The notes beneath the pieces are model-generated. The model was not told the origin of the DNA, ran no database searches, and saw only the letters and a list, made by a program, of their open reading frames with translations. A DNA stretch of 63,278 nt, the filler included, from Octopus bimaculoides (lineage: Eukaryota), in the NCBI RefSeq assembly GCF_001194135.2. It is 6 parts of 5 records of this genome, joined end to end, with 100 filler letters (N's around TTAATTAATTAA, not from the genome) between each part and the next. Parts side by side here need not be neighbours in the genome. Positions count along the whole stretch, not along the records: positions 61,905 to 63,278 come from NC_068987.1; 5 more parts are not named here. One strand, written 5' to 3'. This document shows positions 63,201-63,278 of the stretch, in pieces. Numbering within the stretch: position 1 is the stretch's first letter; each line of letters starts with the position of its first letter. Made by a program: the position numbers and the translations under genes.

Positions 63201-63278
63201 ATACAGAGACAAGGAGAAAAACACGGAGAAAAAAAATTGAATAGTGTTCAGTCAACGGTCAATATATATATAAAAGAT

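Noticed and set aside
1-63278. Most ORFs in the supplied track (YIYI, CVCV, HTHT, poly-L/N/T/Y and X-rich)
   Set aside because: They are read-throughs of di-, tri- and tetranucleotide microsatellites or N gaps, with no domain signal.
1-63278. CRISPR array, rRNA or intact tRNA genes
   Set aside because: No regular repeat-spacer array or rRNA motifs seen; tRNA-like A/B boxes all belong to SINE heads and lack a cloverleaf.

Overview
AT-rich eukaryotic DNA dense in microsatellites and assembly gaps. The repeat families and simple-repeat style suggest an octopus or other coleoid cephalopod genome; this is an inference from memory of repeat sequences, not a search. Five artificial 100-bp joins (44 N + TTAATTAATTAA + 44 N) split the window into six pre-scaffolding pieces whose adjacency and orientation are unproven. 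No host protein-coding gene can be identified with confidence, and almost all track ORFs are microsatellite or N read-throughs. Supported content: about 25 tRNA-derived SINE copies, a deleted mariner transposase, R4/Dong-like, RTE-like and L1/Tx1-ORF1-like LINE relics, several MITE/fold-back elements, and a Penelope-like element (RT + GIY-YIG) with a twin-priming-like 5' inversion. Best candidates for hidden biology: (i) six mostly degenerate minimal hammerhead-ribozyme-like motifs in several unrelated repeat contexts; (ii) a GC-rich ETS/TATA/G-quadruplex promoter-like island at 18.5-18.6 kb followed by a CpG-decayed block containing a nested inverted SINE (possible ADAR substrate); (iii) a composite nuclear-receptor element at 5.17 kb; (iv) candidate small exons and a small ORF at 11-13 kb.
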